Positions 19,786 to 32,046 of a stretch of DNA of 64,000 bases are shown here, piece after piece. The stretch is from NCBI GenBank assembly GCA_964016885.1, contig OZ024743.1:341248001-341312000 (forward strand). Direction: 5' to 3'. The notes below the pieces were generated by a model, which was not told the DNA's origin, did not search any database, and was given only the letters and a program-made list of their open reading frames with translations. The first letter of the stretch is position 1; every line of letters starts with the position of its first letter. A program made the position numbers and the translations under genes. This DNA comes from Eledone cirrhosa (Eukaryota).

Positions 19786-20822
19786 CTCTCGAAAGCTTTC
19801 GACTGATCTAAATTGATCAAGTAGCCACCCGTGCCAGGTTCCATAGCTACCATCTCCACGATGTATCGCAGGAGGTGGATATTGTCGTGGAAGGATCTGT
19901 TTGGAATGGCGCATGTCTGCGCCTCTCCCACCAGACCACCAATGACAAGCGCCAACCTCGTTGCTAGCACCTTGGCCAAAATCTTGAACTCTGTGTAGCA
20001 GAGTTATGGGCCTGAAATTATCTATGTTATTCCTTTTGTTCAGATGTTTTCTCAGCAGCGTTACCGCTCCTCGGCTCACAGAGATGGGAATTCTCCCGTT
20101 CTGTTGCCAGTTGCAGTAGACGTCCGCCAAGAGGCCTCCGGACAAGTCTGGTATCTGTACGTAAAGTTCATAGGGCAGACCATCCAAACCAGGCGGTTTA
20201 CGCCTTATTCAGCCAGTCATTGCCTCCCGTACTTCAGCGGCTGTTATCGGCTTTTTGCAAAACTCCGCCTCAGTGGCCGAGAGCCGCGGCAGTCCGTCAA
20301 GGTAGGCATTAAAGTCCATCCCTCAATCCGGCCTACCGCTTCTCCCGAACAGCTGAGCGAAGTGTCACAGAAAAGCTTCACACATTTACCCGGGATCGAG
20401 TAGAATGCGCCCGTCGTGGTCCAGCAAAGAGCGGGTCGTGGCTTTGTTTCACGTCGCGCCTCTGCCTCTCGGGCCCATTGAACGGCTTTCGTCCCTTCGT
20501 GTCTGAGAGCACGCACCTTAGCTCTGACAACGCAACCTTCTAGCTTTGCATTGAAGAATTGGTCAAGGGCCAATTTCGCCGCAAGTACGTCGGTCGGGAT
20601 GCCTTTGCTAAGCGCCTCGTCTAATTTTCTAACTAGTTCTCCCTCTGCTCTATTTTTCTCTATTGCTAAAGCCTTACTAAACCTAATGGACACTATTCTA
20701 ATCGCTCTTTTTAAGGCCCGCTTAACTATTTTGCTAATCCGGTCTCTGTAGGCCTTGCGCGCTGTTAATGACGCGTTTAGCTTCCAGTAGCCGGGTCCCT
20801 GTCTATGAAGCCTATCTAAGTC
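19786..20822 (-). mobile_element. Tx1/L1-clade LINE ORF2 internal fragment
   Basis: GPGYWKLN, DGLPYELY, NFRPITLL, QTCAIPNRS, LINLDQSKAF; frameshifted; same family as 61502-63499. Confidence 0.85.
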
Positions 20823-20866
<44 letters not shown>

Positions 20867-20879
20867 GAAGGAAAACAGC

Positions 20880-22730
20880 AACAAAAACAACAAGTATCTC
20901 ATACAAGAACAAACACAACTCTTTTATGCTAAAAAAGGAACATTGAAAAGTCCTTGTATTAGCATGTTAGACTAACATATTAACAAGACAGGACTCGGAT
21001 ACACCTGTTATAGGAGGATAATCAGCCATATTTATACGGAAGACCACGATTTGTATATTGCAGGTAATAAACAATTCATAAACACTGATAATGGACATAT
21101 TTACCAACGTAATTGACAGAGTATAAAAGAAATCTTATGGAGAGAACATATTAAAAATTTCAATACAATGTTATATAGAAATCATAAACAGCAGAATTAG
21201 ATGAAAAAGACTTACAAATACGACTTACCGAATTATACATATTATAATGCAGATAACAGAAAGAAAAGCTTAGTAATGAATATTATAGACATATTAGATG
21301 AATACTTGAAATATAGCCGAATAAGAAAATAAAAAAATAAAAAATCAATACTATAGCAATCACATTCATAATGTTCTCAACTAGACTGTAAATGGATTAT
21401 AAAGACTAGACAGAAAGAAAACAAAAATAATGACTGCATTTAGAATCCACACCCAAAATCTGACATTAAAATATTTATCACAAATACATGGAAGTAGACA
21501 TCTCTGAAACTAGAACATTATTATGCATTGGCAGTATCGGTAGAGGGTCAGACGCCATGCTTTCAGCAAAGAGTTACGGCCCTTTATGATCTGAGTTCAA
21601 ATCCCGCTGAGGTTAACTTTGCCTTTCATCCTTACGGGGTCGATAAAATAAAGTACCAGTAATACACTGGATTAATTGCTGGCCTTGTGCCAAAAGTAGA
21701 AACAATTATTATAAAATATATATTAGTAAATATTGATGTGAAACTAACACAAATAGATACAAATCACGATAAAAATGTTTTCTATTTCCTCAAAGCCAAC
21801 CAGTATATAAAAAACAACGACTGAAGTAAAAGATATTTGTGAAGAAAAGTAAGAAGAAACAGCAACATAATTCCCAACAGATCTACATCGACAAGAATCC
21901 TCTAAGGAGGCAGCATGTATAAATTAAATACAGAATATATGGAGGTTGAGGAGAATACACAATTAACCATATCGTCTCGAGCTTCCTAAACTCAGCTAAG
22001 AGAGACTACATCTATATGAGATAGTTGGGGCTGTCATACAGCGGAAATTATGCCAGTGTTATGAAATACTGCCATAACAGACGCAGTATAAATGCATTTC
22101 ACTAAATGTCTAATAAAATGAGAAGCAACCTAATCTGGTATATGACAAACCACTTGCACAGGGAGATGAAGTCTAGTCGACCGTATGTTATTGTCAATTA
22201 AAGAACGTTATTCCTGGCCACAGTATTAGTCCCAAGTGATGTTATCAGATTATAAAGAACTGACAACAGAAATACGTATGTGGTAATTGAAAACAGAACA
22301 GTTCCAGTAATGAGTGTCATTGAATAGATGCATGCAGATGTGGATTTAAGCATATATGCTGTATACAAAAGACCCCCAAATATATACACTCCGTAACATT
22401 ACATAGAGTACTTTCAGTAAAATGGAAAAAGATCACAAAGCAAAATTGAGTTTTACTTGATTGTGAAATGAAAGTACTCCAATAAAAGACTATTTGAAGA
22501 ACAATTACAATAATCCGTTATAATTAAAACAAGCTTATAATAACCATGAAATAAAATAACACAACTCATATCGCACGTTATGTATATCAAAATCAAAACC
22601 TTAAAGCAAAATCAGAAGTAAGGAAAAGAATTGGACAACATAGTAACATTGTTGAAGTATACAAATATAATCCCTAATATCCAACAGGTAGTATTGCACA
22701 GAACCAAGAAACACTAGTCTACTTGATCAT
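20880..22730 (+). mobile_element. Heavily decayed R4/Dong LINE 3' half, interrupted by a SINE
   Basis: Remnant motifs (TGLGY..ISHI, HPKSD, SDYKELTTEI, NIQQVVL) collinear with 59478-61500; preceded by (TAA)n. Confidence 0.5.
21527..21710 (+). mobile_element. MetaSINE-like SINE
   Basis: A box TGGCAGTATCGG, B box GTTCAAATCC, Meta-like domain, ATT tail. Confidence 0.85.
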
Positions 22731-23238
22731 GTAGTGAAACAACCGAATGGAAATGGGGGAAATAGAATAGTAGTAATAATAAATGCTTCGTCTATTGCTA
22801 CAAGAGTTGCGGATGAGAAAGCACTACACATATAAATTACAATGCATTAGGTTTAGAATGGATGTATATAAAACGACAATAGAAATATACAATGAAAGGA
22901 AGATGTTTAAATATTGGGAAACACACGTAATTCCTTGGCTACCCTGAATGTCAAATACTTTGTGTACCAACTATTTACTTATAATTAAGGCACGATCATT
23001 CATCCAGATATCGCTTACCGCTAACAAACACAGTTCAACTAATAAACCTACTGACATGCATCAAACTTGATAATTAAGGGATATTTGAAAGCCTAGATGA
23101 AAGCTTGGTCGAAAAGCAAAATATCTGCCTCTAATCCATTCAATATTGTTTACAACACTTACCTTCTCGCATATTCCGACGTGTTACAAGAAACAACAAC
23201 AGAAACAGCAGCAGAATCAACAGTAATAACAATAATAA

Positions 23239-23284
<46 letters not shown>

Positions 23285-23304
23285 TGCTGTTGTTGTTGTT
23301 GTTG

Positions 23305-23645
23305 AGCGATGGATAAGCAGTGTCGCTACAGCGTTTGACAACATACTTCACGGAGTCGATAAAATAAAGTACCAGTAATACACTGGGCAATTGCTGGTAT
23401 TGTGCCAAAAGTAGAAACAATTATCATTTCTGCATTACAGGGCGGTGAATTGGCAGTATTGGTAGAAAGGTCGGACGCCATGCTTTCCAGCGTAGTTACG
23501 TCCCTTTACGATCTGAGTTCAAATCCCGCCGAGGTTAACTTTGCTTTTCATTCTTACGGGGTCGATAAAATAAAGTACCAGTAATGTACTGGTTAATTGC
23601 TGGTCTTGTGCCAAAAGTAGAAACAATTATGATTTCTGCATTACA
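23305..23645 (+). mobile_element. Tandem SINE pair (deleted copy plus full copy 23440-23630)
   Basis: Consensus match; duplicated flank AATTAT(C/G)ATTTCTGCATTACA. Confidence 0.8.
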
Positions 23646-24029
23646 TAATTGTAATATACATTTGTCATATTTACACATAATTCATTCTGGCAACAATTTT
23701 GAATGCAGCCATTGTGTGACATCACTATCAAGAATAGTATAACGATTTTATAAAACCTTTTACCTAGGCTGGTGCATCTTTTATCGTTCTCTGTATATCT
23801 AGGAAAAAAACCTTCTAATATACAAACACATATAAGCATATACATACTTTATCACGTTCTCTCACATGCACACACACACTCACACACACATACATACATA
23901 TACACACACACACACACACACACATATATACACACACACCCATACACACACACATACAACTGGTTTTACAGTCACCGCGTTTCAAAAAAAGCTCACAAGG
24001 TCAAGAATATATATATATATATATGGAGA

Positions 24030-24071
<42 letters not shown>

Positions 24072-24169
24072 GAGAGAGAGAGAGAGAGAGAGAGAGAATA
24101 TACAACGCAATTTCCCCGTGCTTCCTTCTATAGAAATATTTTCTCATAAATGATTAGTCATCCGGCTGC

Positions 24170-24256
24170 TTACTTTCTCAATTTATTGTGCGGTGTGATC
24201 CAACCATGAACCGTGTGATTTTCAAACGAACTACTTAACCACACTTCTATGCCGGC
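24170..24256 (-). mobile_element. Degenerate tRNA-derived SINE head (second family)
   Basis: Reverse complement GGCATAGAAGTGTGGTTAAGTAGTTCG..CATGGTTGGATCAC resembles the head at 44100-44255. Confidence 0.4.
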
Positions 24257-24417
24257 GATTATAGTATACAATGGCAGTATGTAAACATCTATTAATATTG
24301 AAATTTGAGAGAGATATTTCGGATTTTATATATATTGATAGATTTGTTTAAGCTGAAAATATTCCGTTACCATTGTTCCTCGTTCATGCTCATTTAATAA
24401 GAATATTTATTCTAATG

Positions 24418-24600
24418 ATAGGCAGAATCAGTAAATGTCTTGCAGTATTTCAGTACGTTCGTTTACATTCTCATTTCTTATCATGCTTGAGTTTATATTG
24501 CTTTTTACCCTTCAGATGTCAATAAAATATATGTACTGGGTCGACAGTATCACTTTATCTTCCATCAAAATGTTTAGTCTTGTGACATTGATAGAAATAT
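24418..24600 (+). mobile_element. Degenerate MetaSINE-like SINE
   Basis: GGCAGAATC..GCTTTTTACCCTTC..GTCAATAAAATAT..TCTTGTGAC..TAGAAAT. Confidence 0.5.
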
Positions 24601-26786
24601 TCTAGGTATATTCTAGGTATATTCATCAACGATTTTATTTAGTTGTAAATACCTATTAGGTGTACTTTACTTTCAGTTAACGTTTGGTAAATTGCTGCAA
24701 TAATTTGCTGTATTTGAAAGGCTCTGTTTCAAAACAAAATTAATAATTTCTGTACTATTATGATTTCTAAATTAATAGTTCTCAGCTGAAATCATTGGAA
24801 GAAACCTATAAGTAAACTAATTGTAAAATGTTGTCAAAAATATGCTGTATTAACTTTAATTCAAATATTTTGCATTTGGATAGGTGAACTTAGATATCGT
24901 TGTTAAATCAGTGACAATGTATGGTTATAGCTCAATGTAAATATATTTATGCTTTTTTGATGCTCATTACTTATCCTTAAAAAATAAATGTGCAATATCT
25001 TTTTAAATGTATTTACCATTTATGTAATACGTATAAAATACTTCACCTTGTATGCCACAATTGAGATATTTCTGTAAATACAAATTCTTTCTCTTTTGTT
25101 TTTAATGCATATAGAAATGAAGGCATATGCATTCATATATTCCTGTGAGTTTCCAGAAACGTCTTCGTAATCGAAGATGAACGACCCCATGGCCTATCTT
25201 AGTAACCGCCGAGACTGGTAGGAGAGACAGGGGAAGGCCTACGTAGATCAGAAAAATAGTTCGAAAGTTTGAAACAGGGAATTCTGCTCTAAAAGAACGC
25301 AAATATTATGTAGTGGTATTTAATTTGGCGTTCAAAATATTTACAAAATCTTAAAACTAATATAGCTCATATATATTTGTATTTATTTACATAAATGTAA
25401 TGTTAGTTAATTTAATTATTTTGGGTATTCATCTTTGATTATAGCTGTAACAATATTAATTGTTATATCTAAATAATATTTCGTTATTCTTTACAAATTT
25501 AACTCTATATTTTACTAAATTGGTTTAAAAATACATTTAAATATATAAATTATTATATCAAACATATATATCGTTATATTTTCTTTCCAATCTGTCTCTA
25601 TATTTTAATAATTTTATGATAATGTTAATTGTACGTAATCCGAATGAATCTCTACAGTTATACTTTATACTGAATTATTTTTCCTAGACGGGAAATCGCT
25701 TGAAAATGTTCCCTGGCTCATATTTTTCCTTGTTGTAGAATTATTGTTATTCTATATAAACATCAACCTCAATTAATCGCATCAGTCTCCTTCAAACATG
25801 AACGTTCATCGTCGCAATGCCATTCCTCCACACAAAGACATATCTAATTATTAAATATCCCTGCCATAACAAAACAATGTTGTGAATTTAACTAATCATT
25901 TATTTCAAGGAAATATATTCTTAAATAATTGACTTTTCTGAGTGTATCTCTTGTGCAATAATAATATCCATAACGGTACAAGAAGGGCATGTTATTGTAT
26001 TTCTTCTGCATTTGATAAATTGTGCGTTAAACAAAGAAGAAATTTCTTTTAAATTCTGTTTTCAACGGTTCATGTTTTCATTAAAATTCATCTCATTCAT
26101 GAAAATAAATGTCATTTTTTCTGTTTGAGCATGTAGAATATAAATATTAATACAAGAAAAAATATTTTTTGTAGCTGTTGTTAAAATTATTGTTATTGTT
26201 ATTTGGCCTCAGGTTATTACAGAACGAGTACGCCTTTGACCAAAATTCCTGCAGTCGTAGCCAAACTATACACGTTTAAGACAGCATCATCTATCTAGAA
26301 AAATGTTAACGATATTTTGTTTTAAGAAGGTGTTTGTGGGAAATTGACAACTATTTCTTTCAGGTCAAAAAATATTAACTACCCATTTGTTTACTCGAGG
26401 AAATGCATGTGGTTGTAGGGAACAGATTATTCACAGGACAGAAGATTCTGACTAAAACAGAGAAAATGACAGATGATTTTGTATTGAGAAACGCATGATT
26501 GCAATAGTGAAAAGTAAATTAATGACTTTGAAGATAACTTTGGCGCGTAGCATGTGAATTACTTAACTATGCTTTCTATCTATCGTCTCTCGAGTCATTA
26601 TTCAACGTGTTTCCTCTTAAATTGCACCATCGAAACGTCTTCCGATGGGGAAATATCTGACCGATTCTCAGGCCCTTGACTAACCTATGTAGTTTTACGG
26701 GTACAATAAAGTATATACCACTCTACACATGTATTGAGTTTTCCGTCTCCCGTTTATGCTAAGCAATTATATATATATATATATAG

Positions 26787-26820
<34 letters not shown>

Positions 26821-26992
26821 ATATATAGGCCTGAAATAGCATGTAAATATCACAGATCTTCAAAGTCCAATGCAATGTATGAAGAAATGGATTTCCTTTA
26901 TTCTGAAATATATATCGTTCCCGTTGGCGTTATTTACATAAATATGCACATTCGCATACAAAAAAAAACACACCTACGCACATATACATCAT

Positions 26993-27069
<77 letters not shown>

Positions 27070-27249
27070 TATATATGCTTAGGTGCACATGTTTATATAA
27101 ATATAGGCTACTATGAATGATATGCCACAATATATATGCAATAAATTCTCGAATAACTTTTCTGAACATTCACATACAAAAAATAAATTAACAGCCAGTA
27201 ACAGCTTATACATTTATTTGCCCTCCGGATCTTACACGCCAACAATTTG

Positions 27250-28760
27250 ACATTGAAAATTCTTCGAGTGTACAATCTCCTGCCGAAAGTATTAGTAAAC
27301 GAGACATTTATCACCCATCTTCAAAATGATACAGCCAAACTTTTGCAGCACCTACCAATATATTGATATTTTAACTATAGATGCTACATATACTGAATAA
27401 ACAAACAATAAGTTTTTTGGGCATTCTGATATTCGCGACATATTCAACAACCCAACTGACTTAGAATATATAAATTTCATGGATGTGTTCCGGAACAGAT
27501 TTAAACAAATAGAGAAAAAAAAACAATATAATCTGTGTAGAAACTACTTAGATTTTATATGAAATACACACGGAAATGTAAATCCCTACCTACTGTAGGC
27601 GATGTAAAATGAAACAAAATTCCTTGTAGTGAATGCCTCAGCTTGGAAGTTTAATGAAAAAGAAATGAATATTTCAATCAATATTAATTTAAGGAAATGT
27701 ATAGGCGCGTTAGTTTGATATGTAAATTAAGGTTAAATCTTATATGTATCAATATTCTAGCTCTTCCCTTAATAAATTATAGGCATAGGTTTCTCAGAAT
27801 TGAAGACAGATAAGAATCACCAATTCGTCAAGATGCTGATAATATTGGTGCTTTGTCATTCTGTTCTTTTTAAATGCGCGGCATATTTCCCTGTCAAAGG
27901 CAAGATTGATTGAAATTAAATTTGTTTCCTTAAGGCTTCTAGCATTCGGCGATTCAGACGATTAACCAGAGTTGACAATGTCCCCATTATAGTCAATGAA
28001 ATGATCAATTTATTTTCAATCATATGCATGTCTATGTCTAGGTACACATACCAGACAGATGTATTATGTACAGATTTAGCCAAGATCCATCATTACACTC
28101 AAATAGTGTACTAGTACTAGGCTAGAGTGATTTTATAATAATTAAACCAAATTCATGTTCATAATTATATTATAATCCTAATTCATTGCATAGTGTTGTA
28201 AATCACTTTCTAACAGCACATTTGTAAGAATGTTCTTTGCACTCACTCAATTAAAATAACGTTTATTCAAGAAACTGACAGTGAACTGGATAATCGTCTT
28301 CAGATTATATATTTTCTACTGCTGCAATTGTGCTTAAAAAGCAACTCATTTTCTTATATTGACCATGGCTGTTTCCAAATGAGTATATTTTGAATAAACC
28401 ATAATCTCGTACCAAGATGAACAATTAAGCCGCTAAAATTAAGTCACATTTTCTCTCTGTCTTGTTGTCCTACTATGTACACCTGATCTGATCTTAGCAG
28501 TTCTAATATTCCATCAATGTCTTTTATTTGAGTTGAAACTATGATTTACTATGCTAGATAGAGCCTAAGTTTCTCTCTATAATCATGTAACAATTCAGGT
28601 TGAACCAGATCAATTTGTATGTTCGATGTATTACATAAAACGAGAGAGGGTCGTAAACATGTATTACAAAGACCTGATGGCAATGAGTTATGAGACACGA
28701 AACTCGTAATTTTGATCGGTAAGTGTCTTTTGAAAAACACCCAATCTAGATATACAAGGT
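27250..28760 (-). pseudogene. Possible very old CMC/Chapaev-like transposase remnant
   Basis: LPSGLCNTC motif and weak downstream remnants in the expected order; recognised from memory, many stops. Confidence 0.3.
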
Positions 28761-29868
28761 AATAGTTCGGTATCATGAACACCAACGTCAATAATTCGTC
28801 GAAACATATCAAATTTTCTATTCAGCAAAACGCCAAAAGATCCGATGATATGGATTTCGTTATTTTTTGGAATGAAGAATTTTCTATTCTATCATCCTAC
28901 TTGAAAAACTCTCTATATATCGACAGACTAAATTGGTTCAAGCATCCTTTTAAATCAATTCTGAAAATTCAATTTCCTTGTCGTCATTCATTACCTTTTT
29001 ATTCCTTGTGGCATATCTTGAATATTGCCATCACATAACAAAAATGCAATCACTTGCCTTACTTTGATCGCATCATAACAAGCATAATTCCTTTCTATAG
29101 ATTCTATCAATCTTTCACATTTCAAATTCCTGATATTCTTTTGACGTCTTGACACGATATCGCATCCAATTCAAAATTCAGTTTTCAACTGTTTTCCCTT
29201 TGTGTGTCACCGTAATTGGAGCTAAAAACATTGATCGTTGTATGAATCATTTGGGTAATAGTGGAAGTAGTGTCTTAAAATATTCTTTCAGGTTCCTATC
29301 ATTGTTCATTGCAATTCATAGTTAAGTGATAGAAAATCAGAATCGCTGTTGCATACCATTTAGCAAATTGTATTCATAGCGCATGCTCAAATATGTATAA
29401 CTCATGACCTAGATGCGGCTCCAGAATTACACGTCGTTATGTGTTTTGTAGGTTCTACTTCGATCTTTGGAGATTTACCATTCTTCTTCCTTCATTTCCA
29501 TCAATACTTAATGCGTTCGGAATGTCTACTGCATTAACAACACATACGATAATCATTTCTTTGTATACTGTCACAAGTATTGCTTCAAGCCCGTCGTCGT
29601 TTTTACTCGACACACAAAAGAACAACTTCATATTGATTAACAGCTTAGCCCATGAGGTGGACGGCACGCACACAAAACAATTACAGCAGTTAGATTTGTA
29701 TAGAATACGACATTCGTATGTTAGTGTCTACATACAACGTTGTATAATGAGTATCAACGAATAAAAATCTGAAATATACCTCGAGCGTGTGCTTTTATTG
29801 GCAGGATATCTCACCCAAAATGGAACAATATTGTACATACACACACACACACACAAACACACACACAC

Positions 29869-29935
<67 letters not shown>

Positions 29936-29946
29936 TATGTATATAT

Positions 29947-30158
29947 CACGATAAATTAACGGAGCCATAGACTCTCGTTATTCCCTGTCAATAATGTGCT
30001 CAAAGGAAAAGGAATCCTGAGCTCTTTAAAATACAATATGTTGAAAAGGTAACACACTAGAGAGAGATAGTGCGCCATCAATAAAACAGGGAAAACCACC
30101 AGTGTATGGCGCACTATCTCTCTCTAGTGTGTTACCTTTTCAACATATTGTATTTTAT
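29947..30158 (-). mobile_element. Short inverted-arm plus tail insertion in (TA)n
   Basis: Perfect ~50-bp arms ~30028-30078 and ~30107-30156, ~80-nt tail, (TA)n on both sides. Confidence 0.65.
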
Positions 30159-30365
30159 ATATGTATATATATATATATATTTAATACAATAACAGAGATA
30201 GTTTAAAGCTAAACTCTGACTGGTAACCATCTCACTCAACAAACATTAGGTTATATTAAAATATAAACCCAATTTAAGTGTTTGGGGTGCTAACAATATG
30301 TATAAAGTGGAAAAACCAGTTGTATTATTTTATGAGATATAATTAAAGTTAAAGTATATCTCTCT

Positions 30366-30491
30366 TTCCAAACAATTGTTTCATTATAAGTTTTCTACAA
30401 GTTTGGGAGAATGTTTCCAGTTTATGTAGAAGCCTAATATATATTCATGTAAGAATATATTTAGGTGGGCACTTATAAATCATCAGTGGAA
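30366..30491 (-). ncRNA. Type I hammerhead ribozyme with branched stem II
   Basis: TTCCA-CTGATGA-TTTATAAGT..ACTTATAAT-GAAA-CAATTG-TT-TGGAA. Confidence 0.8.
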
Positions 30492-31370
30492 GCCCATTAA
30501 ACATTGATATAAGAAAACAATTTCTTACCGCTGTCAAAAATCATGTCCGTAAAGTAGCTCTCTCTCGCCTCGAATGACCGCCAAATTTGAAATTCCAGCA
30601 GTTTTTGACTGAGGAAGTATCATAGCGACACGAAGCGGGAAGGGGAGACAACTCACGAAATGAGGAAAAAAAATAATATACACGCGGGTTAATTAGTTTT
30701 TTTGAATACATTATCAATCCAACGTGTTTAAGAACTCAATTGAAAATAAAAAAATAAATATATGCTTGTATAAATTACACACGCATATAGATATTTTCTT
30801 AGGCTAAATCAGAAGTTCTACCCGAATAAGAACCGCTTCTCATGACCGCAGTAAATGCAGAAAGTTATGCTATAAGGGGCAAATGGGAATATAATTCTCC
30901 GGCCGAATTATTAAGAGTAAAATATGAAACACACGCGGGTTAATTAGTTATTTCAAAACCAATAACAATTCCTCGTGTAAAGAACTCAATTAATAAAAGA
31001 AAATAAATACATATATGCATGTAATTATATACGTAGGCATATATATATATATATTTTCCTAGGCTAAAAAACAGAGAAGTTACAACCCCAAAAAACCACA
31101 ATATTTCACAACAGTAATAAATACGGAAAGTCAAATTCATAAGGTACCTGGAAATAAACACCTCTGGCCAATCAAGAGTAAATATTTAATACAATAACAG
31201 AGATAGTTTAAAGCTAAACTCTGACTGGTAACCATCTCACTCAACAAACATTAGGTTATATTAAAATATAAACCCAATTTTAGGGTTTGGGGTGCTAACA
31301 ATATGTATAATGTGGAAAAACCAGTTGTATTATTTTATGAGATATAATTAAAGTTAAAGTATATCTCTCT

Positions 31371-31496
31371 TTCCAAACAATTGTTTCATTATAAGTTTTC
31401 TACAAGTTTGGGAGAATGTTTCCAGTTTATGTAAAAGCCTAATATATATTCATGTAAGAATATATTTAGGTGGGCACTTATAAATCATCAGTGGAA
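31371..31496 (-). ncRNA. Type I hammerhead ribozyme with branched stem II (second repeat)
   Basis: Same motif as 30366-30491. Confidence 0.8.
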
Positions 31497-31588
31497 GCCC
31501 ATTAAACATTGATATAAGAAAACAAATTTCTTACCGCTGTCAAAAATCATGTCCGTAAAGTAGCTCTCTCTCTCTCTATATATATATA

Positions 31589-31790
31589 TAGGAACGAGTA
31601 GGACCCCGACGGCTGAGCTCAAGCCGTTTCGACGGCTAATTCTGGACTAAATTTAGTCCAGATTTAGCCGTCGAAACGGCTTGAGCTCAGCCGTCGGGGA
31701 CCTACTCGTTCCTATTACCCACTCTACTACCCTAAGTATTGAGTACTTTGGTGCGTTATGGTCCACCTGGTTCCTTACCTCATTTCCTTC

Positions 31791-31795
<5 letters not shown>
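31589..31795 (+). mobile_element. Penelope-like 3' end: ~125-bp palindrome of the HHR 3' half plus tail
   Basis: 31589-31713 near-perfect palindrome homologous to 37800-37862; tail homologous to 37862-37942. Confidence 0.85.
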
Positions 31796-31823
<28 letters not shown>

Positions 31824-31825
<2 letters not shown>

Positions 31826-32012
31826 CTGTTTCTACTTTTGGCACAAGGCCAGCAATTACCCAGTGCATTACTGGTACTTTATTTTATGGACCCCGTAAAA
31901 ATGAAAGGCAAAGTTAACCTCGGCGGGATTTGAACTCAGAATGGCAAGGGCCGTAACTCTATGCGTCAAAGCATGGCGTCCGATCCGCTACCGATACTGC
32001 CAATCCACCGCC
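31824..32012 (-). mobile_element. MetaSINE-like SINE
   Basis: Reverse complement of the consensus. Confidence 0.85.
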
Positions 32013-32046
32013 TTTCTAAAGATCTTACCATACCTCCTTCGTTATA

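Larger units (their letters stand above)
30177..31575 (-). mobile_element. Non-coding element with two ~390-bp direct repeats, each carrying an HHR (retrozyme or non-autonomous Penelope-like)
   Basis: 30177-30566 nearly identical to 31182-31572 (period 1005); no credible ORF; (TA)n on both flanks. Confidence 0.75.

Noticed and set aside
28770-29760. Possible second transposase remnant
   Set aside because: No motif I can assign with confidence
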